DNA from: Lingula anatina
Lineage: Eukaryota; Animalia; Brachiopoda
Length of the DNA: 64,000 bases
Assembly: GCA_051362555.1 (NCBI GenBank)
Contig: CM120644.1
Location: 22,156,534 to 22,220,533 of the forward strand
Direction of reading: 5' to 3'
Shown: positions 22,330 through 36,846 of the stretch, piece by piece
How positions within the stretch are numbered: the first letter of the stretch is position 1
Layout of the letters: the number at the start of each line of letters is the position of its first letter
Position numbers and translations under genes: made by a program
The notes under the pieces: model-generated
The model's input: only the letters and a program-made list of their open reading frames with translations
Databases searched by the model: none
Told to the model about the DNA's origin: nothing

Positions 22330-25300
22330 GACAACTCCCAGTTCTGGAGGCAGAGACACTCGGCTGCTAGAACTGATGTCCTGTCCTAGATGTAAACATT
22401 GGGATGTACGTGTATTGTATTACAACAGCAATACAAGGAGAGAGACAGTCTCTGCCCCCGCAGTCTTTTAGCCAATAGAGACAATTCAGTTTTTGCTCCT
22501 GCTGTAGATCTACCATTTGAACACCACCAAAATTGATTTTATTGTAAAGGATGGTAGTTTACCCACTTTATTAAACACATTATCAAAGTATTGTCACATT
22601 TGAGGAAATATTGACCTTATTTTATTTATTTTTTTCTCTTGTAAATTTATTTACAGGAGTGCTAAGTTCATTTATTTAGACTGGTCAACAAGATCACAGA
22701 TTGAAGAAGTGACATTGGCGAGCAGTTTCTCTGTATATTACCCCATCATTATATTATGTTTGTGTATAGCCTGTCAGTACCTCTATTGTAACATAGTGTA
22801 CATGTTTTGATATTGTATATTCATCTTTTGGTTCATATATTAGTAATTCATTAATCTTGCATCATCAGTATATTGTGTATATAAGATAAGTCATATCACC
22901 CATCCATCCCAGATTTTACTAGTGAATTAAAACATATATTTATATTATAACATCAAAACAACTGTACAGCCTTTGAGATGTTTACAGACTTTTTGCCTCT
23001 ATTGTATTGCCAATTTAGATTTCAGTTTAATTGCTTGTGGCTGGCAAAGATGTAAGGATATGAAAACATGAATGATCAATGTATATGAGACTATTTGCCA
23101 CAATTTTCTCAGTGTGTACTGGACAACTTATTGACTTACACAGTGAATGTGAACCAAACAACTAAGATGAAATATATGGGAGTCCTCCATGTATATAAAC
23201 GAAGTCTTCAGTCCATCGTTGACACATATTCACGACATGTTTTCAATCAGACTTATAAAGCAGACAGACTCTTTGAGTTTCTGGAAATTAACCTCCCAAA
23301 CCAGCATACCCACCCAGAAATGGGCTGCTAACCCCTGAAACTTATGACAATTCAAAAAAGCAGCCTGGGTTTACATAAGTCTCTGTCAATAATTAATGTG
23401 TTGATATTAATCTGTTTGTAAACATATGTCTGCAAAAATAATCCCAAAATATGGTGCTTTTGTTGCCATGTTGTAAACTGTCTTTGTATTGCACCTTTTA
23501 TTATTATTATTAAATTAAATCTATAAGATGCTCAGATGTTCTTTTCAGAGACCACATTTAGGTGGTAAGTTAATTTAATAGCATTAATAATTCCAGCAGT
23601 GTTCCAAACGCCGTCTACAATATTGACATGTACATAAGCTTTCTGCTATCATTGTAGAAGTCATTATTTTTGCCTTCCCCCCCCAAATCCCTACTGATAG
23701 AGGGGTTGACAAATTGATTAGAATGATTAAAGTTGGTGTCAGAGTTAGTGACTAAGGTTTTATTATCCGATTGTGGAAATTTATCGTCACAGTTATGGAT
23801 ATTTTATGGATAAATAACCAAAATTAAAAAGTGTATTACTTTGTAAGTAAACCAGTCAGAAAATTTGAGTTTTAACCATTTTAAAGACGTAAGGTATAAT
23901 TCTGTGTCAAATATGGTAAGATTAAGATGTTAAACCATTTATTCTTTGAAAAACTTCACTTGACCTGTTCATCTTAATAACCTTTATTCTATCCCTCTGT
24001 GTAGTAGAAATGCAGATCTATTTTGGAATAAATTTTATAAACAAAGGTAATGTTTTTTGTTAGTCATTTAGAAAAGGATAAACTTTACATTTATTTTAAA
24101 TTTGAAGAAACATTAACAAATCCAACTTTCTTTCAAAGTTCCATAGGCGTTGTGTCCCAAAAATAAATACAACGAAAAGCAAAATCTTCAATTATAAGAA
24201 ATGTGTCTACCATGCCATGTGTCACCCTTGCAAGGATTTAAAAAAATCTAATATAAGTCCATGTATATTAGCATAAGCCATACATAGGCTCTTAACTCAT
24301 TTCTACCCAGGAGCAGTCATAGTCCTAGATTTGGATGTATAGCTAGGTCATTGGGTGTCGACTTTATATACTTTTTGGACGTTCATCCAATGCATTCAGA
24401 TATTTTTTTAATGTAATAAAGTTGTACACATTTTCCAAACTCAGAAACTGATTTCATCTTACTCATAAAAATGAGCAGGTGTCCTTTATTTCAACATTAG
24501 CCAAATAAATAAATTAACAAATATGAATAAAATATATTTTAAACGGTGACTACATTTGCAAACATTTCATTAACATTAGAAACACTTCAGAGGTCCACTT
24601 ACCAAGCTGACTTTCAAGCGAGTTTCACTCCAAGATCCCCGACTTAAATGCCATGGAAAACGTGCTTGAGATGGTGAAGTAAACCATATTCTCTGAATTC
24701 AATTGCATCAGCAGTACTCGTCACCGCTATCGCAATCCGCACGTTGCTGAAATGCATTGTGTCTACCATTAACGATGACAAGTCCAAAACGGACAATGTA
24801 GATAATTCCATTTTCAAATTTCTAGTTTTATTAATGTGAAATGTGCAAACCCATTGTCAAACGCTATCCTACTAGAATTTGCTGTCAAATTCCTTGTACC
24901 ACAACAGAACCAAAGAGTTCAGATCACAAATATAATCCCTAAACTTGTAAATTAATTTTAAGGAGTGTTTTAAGCATTCGTCTCGTTTTATGACTTTATG
25001 GCCTCACATGTTATTATATATCGCAACTTGAACCGTGAAATTTGAGTAATTGAGATTTGTATGCACTGCGCAATAGTGCAACACAGGATCCACCTAAGAT
25101 TAAAAATTGGGATATAAGGCTTCGTTCACATGCAATGTCTATTTTCTAATTTCTAATTTCTATTTGCGCTATCTTATGATCACGGTCTGTGTACTGAATA
25201 TCCCGCCGCGTAATTACTGGCAGCGCTAGCCAGTTCCTTATATAGTAACTTATAGTAACTGGCTCGCGCTGCCAGTAATTACGCCGCGGGATATTCAGGC

Positions 25301-25452
25301 CACAGACCGTGATCATAAGACATACCGCAAATAGAAAATAGAATTTAGAAAATAGACATTGCATGTGAACGAAGCCTAAGTCTTCTGAATAAGAATCTAG
25401 AGAGCAAACCTTTAGAAAGGCCACTTGGGAGAGCTAACAACTCGGACGCCAG
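22330..25452 (+). repeat. Segmental duplication block, copy 1 (CREB 3' UTR and downstream flank)
   Basis: Colinear similarity to about 45300-51820 and 60001-64000, e.g. the shared strings cacccatccatcccagattttactagtgaatt and gtgtagtagaaatgcagatctattttggaataaatttt. Confidence 0.9.
25118..25376. mobile_element. Palindromic Tourist/PIF-Harbinger-like MITE, TAA TSD
   Basis: taa|ggcttcgttcacatgc ... gcatgtgaacgaagcc|taa; the empty site is visible in the paralogous block near 63921-63940. Confidence 0.88.
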
Positions 25453-28400
25453 TTATAGGAGAGGGTTGAGAAGTTGGACACCTCACGCAGATCATGTAGT
25501 TAGGGAGCGTAAACAAAATAAACCGTTAAACTGGTCATTATGTGTCCTTGGGTTTTCTTTGAGCGAGTTTACGTAAATATGACACGGACCTTGGAATTTC
25601 GAATTGCGTTTTGCGCAGTATAAAAGTTACCATTGCAATAGGTTGACAGGTGTGTCTTTTATTTGATTGTTATGTGTCTAATTATCGAGTTTCATCAATT
25701 GATTCTGGTGAAACGCTGCATTTTCACTTACGTTGGTTATTGGCAGTATTTCCTTGTTCGCCGTACATTCGATCAACAATCTGGATAGCTTCAAGAATAA
25801 GGTCCATGTAACAACCATTAAGCCGGAATATATTTTATAAAATACAGGTAATTTAGGAAATAGCTACAAAAGAGAGTTCTGATGATGAAAAAGAAATAAG
25901 GAACTTTGTATTAGCCACACGCATTTTCCTGTATGTGGTGGCAGTTTTCACAAGAACGTATATTGGAAATAATATGCGGGTGCCGTTCTTTGTCTCGTTT
26001 TACCACTGCTGAGAAGTCATTGTATTGATTTCTTAAGGCCCGTGACTGAAAAATTCAGAACAAACATTACTGCATTATGCACAAGAACAACTAAATGGAT
26101 ACATGTCGGGACTGATCTTAATACAAAGATTGTTTTCATTCGCGTCCCCTGTTAATCGCAAAGTAAACTTATTTCAGTTTGATATGCGAAGGGTAAATGA
26201 AATCCCGCTGTACAGCTTCTGTGTCGGGGGGGAGGGGGGGGGGGGGATTTTCTGCAGAAAGATATTTGTTTGTGCCAATTTTCAGAAACTAAATTTTCAG
26301 ACCTAAGCTCTCATATTATAGTGAGGGATTACAATCAGGAACTTCTTTCATCTTCGGGAGTTTGGGGTCAGTCGGTTCATCCTTTAGACACCGAAGCTGA
26401 AAACTCACTCAAATTCTTAAACCGTAAATGCTAGAGACCTCTGCTTTTTCCTTTTTGTAGGGCCTTTAAAGCACAATTCTGGAGGCACTGTTTTTTATGT
26501 ACAGACACAGGATAACACAATAAGTGAAAAACAGATTTAACCTTTGTCTTTTAACTCACAAAACGGATGATTATTCATAAAATACAGGTCGAGTTCGCAA
26601 ATCAGCATGATGGGGTCATTTTTTTCAAAAGAGATGCTGTTTTCTCTCTTTTTTCAGCATATATATGCAGCACTGATAACACATATCAAGGACAACCTAT
26701 TGTTTTGAAGATCACTGGAGTGATCAGTGTTGCGAGAATAAAGGTCGAGTTCTAAAATCAGCTTGATCGGACCGTTTTTACAAAAGTTGTGTCGTATTTA
26801 TATATTCTGAGAACTTTTGTTTAATGCATTTTGTAGTGTCCCTTTTGTTGGTGTCCCTTTTTTGGTTTTCAATACTGGCATAAAAAGGTGTTTCGATCTG
26901 TAGAAAAACATATGTGACTCAAAGCTTTTAACTTTTACAAATACATAAGCTAATATCCCTTGTGAAAATACTTGTGTACGGGGACCACTTGGGAGAGCTA
27001 ACAACTCGGACGCCAGTTATAGGAGAGGGTTGAGAAGTTGGACACCTCACGCAGATCATGTAGTTAGGGAGCGTAAACAAAATAAACCGTTAAACTGGTC
27101 ATTATGTGTCCTTGGGTTTTCTTTGAGCGAGTTTACGTAAATATGACACGGACCTTGGAATTTCGAATTGCGTTTTGAGCAGTATAAAAGTTATCATTGC
27201 AATAGGTCTCCTCACACTAATATATTTTTTTCATACGGGATATGAGCTTGGGTGACAAAAATATTGGACGTGTATATATCGATATGCTTCTCTACAGATC
27301 GAAACCATTTTCATAGCAGTGTTTCATAACATTGACTCATTCTTTGTCAAATGGAACATTTTTCTCTGTAGTCGTCAATTTTTCATGTGCGCCTTTTATG
27401 TGATTGTTTTGTGTCTAATTATCGAGTTTGATCCATTGATTCTGGTGAACTCTGTATTTTCACTTATGTTGGTTATCGACAATATTTCCTTGTTCTCTGT
27501 ATAGTCGATCAATAATTTAGGTAGCTCTAAGAATAAGGTCCATGTAACAACCATAAACCGGAATGTATTTCATAATATACAGGTAATTTAGGAAATAGCT
27601 ACAAAAGAGAGTTCTGATGATGAAAAAGAAATAAGGAACTTTGTAATTAGCAGGGGCGTAACCAGACCTTTTAAAATTGTACGCACAGAATTTCAAAATT
27701 CCCAGGTATAGCTAAATGTAGATCGACTTACGCAAAAGATGAAGGGCAGTTTAAATTATATGTGCCAAATATAATAGCTTAGTTTTCACCGTTTATAAAA
27801 TCATTACTTAAAGTTTAAAATATTCCCACAGTATAATTAAGTTCCAGTAAATTATTTCACCCAGAACCAACGCTTTTTCCGGCATTGGGGTGCAGGCCGT
27901 CCATAATTGCCATCTGTATCTTACTTCAAAATTTCAGGGCCTCACACTTTTCCAAAAGCCGTGAGCGGGGGTGGGGGTGGGGTACAAATTAATGGAGTCT
28001 TTTTTTAATAATAAATTTCATTGGGAAAGGGGGTTAAAAATAATTGATACCGATCTCCCGTCACGCTCTTCCACGAAAGACCGCCCTTGTATGAATATAA
28101 AAATTGCCTTCTCGTCTCGCTCGGATCGCGAACGATCTCTGGCTGACAATCTTCTGCGAACGAAGTCCATTGAATGTGAAAATCGCTTTCTCTTTTCGCT
28201 CAGATCACGCTCGATCTCCCGCTGAAGATACAAAAATTGGCTTCTTGTCTCGCTGCGGTCGGTAACTATCTCTTGTTAACGAAGTCTCTTGAACAAATAT
28301 GAAAATTGCCTTCTAGTCTGTTTCGGATTGCGAAGATTCTCTCGCCGAAGATATAAAAATTGCCTTTCTTATGCATTAGCTTTGTCAGATGCCATACGTA

Positions 28401-29940
28401 TAAAGATCCGAAAGGTGTCCTCTTTCATAATTTGGCGGCAAGTTAGGTCATATTTCATTTAGGGCCTACACGTGTTTTGTACCGAATGTAGATCATTCTT
28501 GTCACTTCTGCATTATGTATTTTAAAGTTAATGGAAACATTTTATTGTGTTTTGTAAGCTTAAGGTAGTAGTTACGTCGTGACTGAAAAACACCGTGCAC
28601 TAGAAAGAAGTTTAATATTCATACGTCAAATTACTGCAATGAATTTTCATACGACGTCCACAGCTGCCCCGACAAGTTAAGACTTTTTTAATCAGCTGCC
28701 GCCCATTGGCAGCTGGAGGACTCGCTGAAAAAAGCCTTGCTTAGAATGGTATATTTATTGAACTACGGGCTTACTGACACAAACTATGAAAACATATGCA
28801 AATTATGCCCGCTTGTATCAAGCTAAATTCTTAATAACGGTGAGGCACCTTTGTTCGATATGGTTTGTTGCGGTTATCCCGAGTTGTCAGAAAATAATCT
28901 TAAGAACAGTTGATCGTTGTAGGATTCTTACACCTTCTTGCTATATTATTCGTCATGTCCATGGTCAGCTTAAAGATGAATCTTCTAAAAGTTGAACTTA
29001 TATATGGTATCATCCAAAATCAACCAATTATATTACAGGATAAAGCTCTGTTTGTTTGTGAAAATTGCCCATATCACCCTGTTAGTTTAGAGGGTTAAGC
29101 TGGGTCAAGTCCGTGTCAAAATTCTTTACAGTTTTGCAGGAAATATTTTTTTTTTGTTTCTCTGGCTCCTTATAAAGCCCGTTGTCCAGATTTTATCTAG
29201 TGTCCTCAGGTCTGCTGGAGCTGCTGTTTGAAAATAACACAGGTAGATTTTTATCTGAGATAAATATCGCCATCGAGTGAGCATTCGACACACTTAAGAC
29301 AAAGGCTACCTGAGAGTTGAAGGGCATTCAAACTTCCAATTAAGAGGTAAAGGAAGTTCCAGCTAGATGGACGATTTACCTCAGTTCTGTGAAAGCAAAC
29401 GAGACGGGGGGGCGTCAGAACAATGGTGCGTATACGATTCATACAGAAGATTTGTACATTCAGGTGACTCTAACTTGCAATCGAAGAGGATTTTTCGTGA
29501 AAATACACTAAATTTATAGAGAATAATATCATGATTGGCTCAAAAAAATTGTACGCACAGTGCATCCGTGCGTATGCCTAGTTACGCCCATGATTAGTCA
29601 CATGCACTTCCCTTAATGTGGTGGCAATTTTCACAAGCACGTATAAGGCAATAATATTCGGGTGCCGTTCTTTGTCTCGTTTTACTACTGCTGAGATGTC
29701 ATTGTATTGATTTCTTAAGGTCTGTGACCTAAAAATTCATGGCAAACATTACTGCAATATGCACAACAGCAAATAAATGAATAAAGGGCAAATACGGAGA
29801 GGAGCATTTTTGTCGGAATGGTCCTTAATACAAAAATTGTTTTCATTCGCGTCCCTCTTTTAAGCGCCAAGCAAACTTATTTCAGCTTGATTTGCGAGGG
29901 GTAAATGAAACCTCGCTATACGGCTTTTGTGTCTGGGGGG
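25421..29940 (+). repeat. Local tandem duplication: 25421-~26230 versus 26985-~29940 (second copy interrupted by insertions)
   Basis: About 220 bp near-identical starting ccacttgggagagctaacaactcgg at 25421 and 26985, then diverged colinear sequence. Confidence 0.8.
27651..29592. mobile_element. 1.9-kb non-autonomous DNA transposon, 5-bp TSD ATTAG
   Basis: attag|caggggcgtaac ... gttacgcccatg|attag; empty site in the paralogue at about 25905-25920; a diverged relative lies at about 57200-57850. Confidence 0.85.
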
Positions 29941-30923
29941 TATTTTTAACTTTTGTTCACCTGACGGGGTTTCCAGTATTGTTTGCTGTATCGAGAAATT
30001 GCGCATTTATCAGAGACTAGCCCCAGCGAGACGACGTGAGAGGGGAGCAAGACATGCCAAATTATCTCCTAGGTAAAACAGACATGTTTGGCCTGTGTTT
30101 TTGCTCATCCATGATGCCTTAAATATTGAGGTGAATTCATAGACTATTTGATGCCCTGGATACGCAGAACTGTTTATTTAGCGGTTTATTATGGCGACAC
30201 TGTTTTGGCGATGTTCAATTTTGACAAATTAAGTGACACAAATAGGTATACGAAGTTAAATACTATTAATCAAAACCAAACAGAAGCTACCGTTTGTTCA
30301 GTATAAGTGTAGGACAAGACCTCAAACGAAGAATTTGGGCGGCGCTAGACCCACATCCGGGGATCTATTAACGCCATTTGTCCTACCGAAGTCTAAGGCA
30401 CAGGGCGTGGCTGATCTACGTTTATGTTGTGACTTTTCTGACAGGAAAACGGGTTATATCACAGACACACTGAGAATGTCCATGACACAATTTCCACGCA
30501 CAGTAAATGCCATCTTTGATAACCACTGCTACAACAAGAATAGCAAGGTAAGTAAAAATTCCAAACAAACAAACAAAGAACAAAAAATATTGCATTTCCA
30601 CGATTTTTCCATTCATTTACTCAGACAAATAATTCATCAACTTAAGGACAGGCCATTATTTAAGTCCTAGGGGTTGGGGGAGAAAAATGCCTATGACCCA
30701 AAAATAAATTGAGATTCCCCCACCCCATCCCGAAAGCATTATTTTTCCCGCCCCCCCCCACTTCCGGATTGATTGAAAAATTCAGAACCCTGCTCAATTA
30801 AAAAAAAAAATGGGATCTGTGGAAGATTTATATTTTTCACTATGGGATAAACAGTATGTCAAAACCACTCCACTTGGTTCTAAGATGGGTCATGTAAAAA
30901 TCGAATGGTTTCCCCCCCCCCCC

Positions 30924-30977
<54 letters not shown>

Positions 30978-31610
30978 TGTAAGAACATTGTTGATTTTTC
31001 TCTTCAGTGTAGACACTCAAGAAAGAATTTAAGTGTATATAAATAATACAAAATTTATACTATACATTCTTATAAAAGAAAACTAGTAGCAAAAAAGTAA
31101 AGTCGAAAGATATAATAACATTTTATCAGACAAGGCTTGTTGATATTTTATACATACACTGTAAAACAGCGTTTAGCTCCTAAACAAATTTCTAAGCCAC
31201 TGCTTTGTCTCATTTTTTTCCATTGGTTCAGCTCCTAAGCATGTTACACGCGTTAAGCCTGAATATGTTTGGCAATATGGTAAAATTAATACCGCTACGT
31301 GTCTGCTGGACTGCAGTCTATCCAGCAAACACATAACGTATTTATAACGTAACCATAACGATAATTTTACCAAGAAGCGCTACGACCACGTTATGGTAAC
31401 GTTATAAACGTTCTCTGTTTACCGGGAGGGATAAAATTTCTGGTCTGGCAGAGAAATATATTTTAGTTTGCTACCTTTCACCACCTCATACGGCATACTG
31501 GGCTACATGTATGTCCCCCAAGAAACCCATAGCGCCAACACCCAGTTTGTATCAGGGCCCGTAAACTGCACTGAGACGCATCAGAAGTGTGGTATATAAC
31601 AAGTGAACTT

Positions 31611-32420
31611 TCTTTTTTTAATTTTTTTAAATTTTTTTCATGAACTTTAGAAATGTAAATTACAGTTTACAATACTTCTTTGTTACCCCTCGCTTACTTC
31701 TTTCTCTCTCACACACACATACATACACACATAACTAGTACTGATAAGCACATTTTTTCTAACACAGATAGCATTCAATGTCCCTGGTGGACAGATGTCC
31801 CCCTTTTTTGATTTACTGTAAATGTAATATTTTACCTGGGAAATTAATAAATTCAATTTCTCATCATTGTTTCCAAGAATAATATCCGATGCAGAAATGT
31901 GAATATTGGCTCCCTTTTCTTCCCTAAACCAGTTTTCGATTTGCTTCCACAAGTTTTTTTGCGAGATCACAATCTACGAAATGTTTAATAATTTCCATCC
32001 TTGTGCTACATAAATTGCAATGAGGATTATTAACTATTTTATATTTGAACAATAAGTATTTTGTCCCTAGAATTCTACGAATACATCTAAAATTAAACCA
32101 TCTGAGTTTGGATTCTTTTGTCAGGAGACAATTGTAGCTAAGATTCCATGTTATTGCATTATTAAAGAACCTTTCTCATTTAATTTAATTTTTTTTGTGG
32201 TTTCGTACAGTTTTTTTATAAACGTATCATAAATCGATTTACAGCCTTTTTTGTTTTTCCATATAATCATAAGCGGTTTGGGTATTTTCAGGTTATAAGT
32301 TTTCTGTGTAACAGTTATTTCTTTTAAATTGGGCAATGCATTATAGATAGCATTTCTTAGGCCAAAATATTTTGTAAATGGGAGGCGTATTTTGTATGCA
32401 TCCGTGATTTCTCTATTTTT
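31611..32420 (-). mobile_element. Degenerate 3' fragment of an L1/Tx1-like LINE (zf-RVT region)
   Basis: Minus-strand remnants such as KWFNFRCIRRILGTKYLLFKYKIVNNPHCNLC and LWKQIENWF...DIILG...KYYIY; T-rich tail at 31611-31640; frameshifted. Confidence 0.65.
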
Positions 32421-32522
32421 TTTATTTATTACATGTATATTGTATTACTGATATGTTTTGGCCTGTTTCAATAAATTTCACATCTCCCCGAAATGCTTCA
32501 TATTGCCAAACGTATACTTATC

Positions 32523-32590
32523 GGATGGCCTAGTGGTTAGAATGTTGGTCTACTAAGCCAAAGAACATTGGTTTGACTCCGTTTGTGGAC
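32523..32590 (+). mobile_element. tRNA-derived SINE head or tRNA pseudogene
   Basis: A-box TGGCCTAGTGG and B-box-like GGTTTGACTCC at tRNA spacing, but the cloverleaf stems do not pair well. Confidence 0.5.
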
Positions 32591-32824
32591 ATAATAAAAC
32601 AAAACACACATCCCAGAGAAGAGAGGGAGAGCGTGGTGTACTATGGCATTTTCTCACAGAAACCATCACTAATTTCTCTTCACAGTATAAAAGTCTTGTA
32701 ACTAGGACAACTTGTTTCAGCATATTTATCCATTTTATGTAACTTTTCTCCTAGACCAGCACGTGTTGCTGTAAATAATTGCATTGATGACCAATGCACG
32801 TTTTGTACAAGGACCTGTTATTAA

Positions 32825-35800
32825 TAGACTAGTAAACTGAGCTAAAAAAATGGCCTAACCCAGGACTAATTTTAAAAAAATTGTAATGATGTTTTTTAGA
32901 AAGCTAAATATCGAAATTTTAACATATTAAAAATCTAGAAAAATCTAAGTAGTGGAAAAAGGTTTTTAAGGCAGTTTTCCAAGATGGCCGCCAATATATT
33001 AAGTCTCTATAGGTAAAGGGGGTCTTAAAATTTTGGGAGTATTTTTGCTAGAATAAATGGGGTTAAGACCTTGAAATATATCCAGACTTAGAGACAAAGA
33101 CCTATTTGTTGAAAAGAAAATTTTGGTGTTTATAACAATTATTCCATCACTCAATGTTAAATATAATCATTATATCATTCACAACGACTCTGTGAGGTTT
33201 GGCTGCAAATATGGCTCTTTAGGAGAAATCTTAGAGTCTTAGTGTGAAAAATCTGACCAATAAGGTTTCTGAATAAGTGGACAGGATAGGACTTCTTTTC
33301 ATTCTGGGGACAAATATTTCTTTGCTAATATCATAAATATATGATATATGGAAAACACTTTTTTTTGTATTATTTATTATACCCATCTATGTACCTGTTC
33401 AAAGCATTTTCCAATATGGCTATCAGCAAGATTATTCATAAGGCTTTATAAATTAAAAAAAGACAAACAGTGTCTTCAGTAAATATTCCACTCAAGAATG
33501 TGTCCTTACCCCCTTTTCTTAATTATATTGATGAATAAGTAATGGAGGTAAAAAGTTGTACAGTCATCAGTGGCACCAAACACAATGTCAGTCTTTTTTC
33601 TAAGACAGACTGAAATGTTGCATTAATTGGACAAGCAATCATATAATCAGCCAGGCCAAATGTATTGCTGGCCTGTCCAAATAGGTTTGGGTGTCCAACT
33701 GCATAAACATTTTGGAAACAGATTCCTAATTGCATGGATTCTGTGGCTCCTACTCCTAATAGTAAGATATGAGAGGGACTCCAGAGCCACACAAGGGACA
33801 GAATCCTAGAGTATTTGTTGCTACATTTACCAACATGGAAAACCCCAATATCTAGGAATCAGATCCTGTCAGAAAACCAACTTTTTGTGGAAACTGTCCT
33901 TGCCTGCTTTCCAGCCACAGCCCAAACAACTATGGAATGGTTACATGGGCAAATGGTGACTAGAGGGAATCACCCAGCAAAAGCATCTGTTATGTCTCTT
34001 TCTCTGGTAGATATGGATCTACAGAAAGAACTGTCATGCATCTACTCCACTTAATTTAATTTATTTACGTGTTCAACAGTTCAGAGCAACCCCCAATAAT
34101 TACCTTTGATCAACCACTCTGGTGGAAGGACCAGACTACTGTTGAAAGTGAACCAGAATCCAATATACTGCCATCTACAGTTGCAAGGCTTGGTGGCTTC
34201 CACACAGAGATGAGCTACCTTTGGTGCATATGTCAGCTCATGACAGGGTCAGAACTTTGAGAACTTCTTGAAACTATATTTGTTGTCAATACAGTAAGCC
34301 ACATGATTCCCAGGGAATGCTCTGGCTAGGGCAATGAGGGCCCAGCTGTGTACTTGATCTAACCCTCATGGCACTTCTCATCTTCAAGCTTTTGCAGGAT
34401 AATGTGCCAGCCACTGGTACTCAACAACATGAAGCACATCACAGTGAAACACACTGCACAGATGTCATTGCAGGTACATGCATGCATTGTCTGGGTGATT
34501 TCCAATTGATGGAGACAGAGCAGACATCCAGATCTCCATGACCCGGACCATGGTAACATTAGATGTGGCAGAGAGTGACAAAGATAGACCAGCAACTGGC
34601 TGTTGAGAAAGCCACTTCGAAAAGTCAAAGAATTGCAAGGCTCAGGGTACAATGTATGGACATTTCCTCTTTGCTAGAGCAGGCAATATAGTCAGATGGG
34701 TTTGAAAGTGAAGGTGAGGTCCAGTACATTTTAGATGGTGTGGCACTCCTTCATCACACACATTGGACTGTTGGAATGTCTTGCACACTAGGGAGATATA
34801 GGAGAGCTATAGTGTAGCATTATAAAGGGATCATCTTGGATGTCCCCTCTACTGAGCTATGGTTCTGCACACCTAGTAAGATCCAATTAACAGTATGAGC
34901 ACAGCTATTGTCTTCACAGATGAGACGAAGCTGCAGAGTAGAAAAGAAAAAGATTCTTATCAACAAAGAAAACAAAAAGGTTCATTTATTTGCTTGGAGA
35001 GAAGTTGGAAGGTGTTGGAGTTGAAGTAATCCAAGTTCCAGGTGATGCAGACCTCCATATTTCATTTAAATAAAGAAGTTTATCTGAAGCACACATCACA
35101 TGATCATAATCTTCTGAGCCTTGTCCCGAAGCCATAATTGCTCGCAACGTCATTTTCTTGTGTTTGAAGTGAAACTTAGGTCATCCCTGGTGAAGGCAGT
35201 TAGGTTCTAATTGACTAGTCAGTTATTTATAACTAAGATTCAGATGGAATAAGACATTGAATTAAGTGAAGGGACAGGTTTAGAATACATTTTAAGTAGG
35301 AAATAATGTCATTTACCTCAGGCAAGTTTATTTTGGTGCATGAATTGGATAAAGAGCACCTTTAAAATCATTTTATTTAAGTGATTATGTCCAGGCCAAT
35401 CTAATACTACAACAGAAAGTGGTAAAGGACCATAAATGTACTTTTGAGCTTATTTTTTATTCAATTTTTTACTTCAAATTTGGTAATTTGTAGCTGCCAT
35501 TTTAGTTTTGGCAGCCATTTTGTATATTGTTGAGGCTATCTGCCTTTGATTTATTTGGAGAGAAGAGGCACAACATCCCTTTATGCATTTTGTACCATTT
35601 TAACAAGCTTTTGTTGAAACCACCTGGAGCAAATTTGCACCTATGTACTGACTGTAGATCTCTGTGCTGGCAGCCATTTTGGATTTTCCCCAAAAAATAC
35701 CTATTCCACTACTTGAATTTTTCTAGATTTTTAATAAGATCATATGGACCACTCAAAGACTCAAAAAAAAAAAAAAAAAAAAAAAAAACATACTACAATT

Positions 35801-35845
35801 TTTTTGCAATTAGTCCTGGGTTAAACCATTTTTTTTCTTAGACTA
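32825..35845 (+). mobile_element. Decayed Academ-superfamily DNA transposon (TAG...CTA ends, TAA TSD, long TIRs)
   Basis: taa|tagact... and ...agacta|taa; long imperfect TIRs containing aacccaggactaatt; broken transposase-like peptides ITFDQPLWWK, RLGGFHTEMSYL, HKHFGNRFLI and YILDGVALLH. Confidence 0.78.
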
Positions 35846-36710
35846 TAATAGTAACAAAAAATGCTGAAAGCAAAATACTGTTACAGTAACAAGAAATATT
35901 TGTAAAAGCACTTTAAATAGATGTTTGGAATGTTTTCATTAACCATAAAATAAACAGGTATAAATTGTCCCAAGATAATGATAACGTAAAATTTAAAAAC
36001 TTGGATGACAATATAGTGTACATAGTAACAGTTATGGCCAATAATAGGTATGACATAATAATCATATGAAGTACTTTTTAGGTGACTTGGCTATTTGTGC
36101 CACACCACAAGTATTTAACATATTACTCCTTTTTACACCACAGGACATGCTTCAATAAAAAAATCATGTATGTAATATTTATGCTGAAAGAAGTGTCTCT
36201 GATTCATTAGACGGCATACAACAGGTAAATCTGGCTGCCCCCCCCCCCACATATAACTCATTAAAAATACCAAGTAACGATGCCTTAAACCAAATAATAT
36301 TTTTTTCACGCAACAAATATATGCATAAACTTTATAATAGCAAATTATTAAAAAAAATGACGATGGGCACTTTGCAAATAGTTACCAGCACTCATCTTTT
36401 ATGAATAAAACATGTCTATGGTAATATGCTATAGATCAAGAAGTTAAGGGGCTGTATGAGACACATTTATGTTGAAGTCAAATGAGAGCGGAATATATAC
36501 TATATTAACTGTGTGGCCAAACTGGTGCTCTCCAAGAAAAACAATTTTAATTAAATTTTTTTAAATAGAATTTAAATTAGAAAAAAAAATAGAATTAAAC
36601 ATTTGAAAGTTTCTAACATCATAATCCTCGTGTTGATCTTCTATAAAAAATTAAAAAAATCAATCAAATCAACTATGCTTGGGTACTTTTTACCAATCAT
36701 AGACGCCATT

Positions 36711-36846
36711 TCCCTGGGAGTTCACGCTAAATAGCTGTCAGCCGAGCGGACACGAAAGTTAATTACCCCCTTACAGCTTGTAGTAGGCGGGACGGACATT
36801 TAAGCCGGATTATCTGACAGTAATCTATTTAGACTCCCCGAGGGGA
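36711..36846. mobile_element. Small degenerate palindromic MITE upstream of the Roco gene
   Basis: ccctgggag..ctaaatag..ctgtcag mirrored by ctgacag..ctatttag..actccccgaggg; partial relative at about 62546-62600. Confidence 0.5.

Noticed and set aside
28018-28233. RS/RD-rich ORF resembling an SR protein
   Set aside because: It lies in degenerate internal repeats of a non-autonomous transposon and has no splice context.
30810-31046. Poly-Lys ORF and other low-complexity ORFs (poly-Y 6962, poly-I 48648, YI repeats 55718 and 58802)
   Set aside because: Translations of homopolymer and microsatellite runs.
32523-32590. Functional tRNA gene
   Set aside because: A and B boxes are present, but the acceptor and anticodon stems do not pair convincingly; treated as a SINE head or pseudogene.
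36716-36725. NF-kB site (GGGAGTTCAC) upstream of the Roco gene
   Set aside because: Imperfect single match inside a small palindromic repeat, so not distinguishable from chance.
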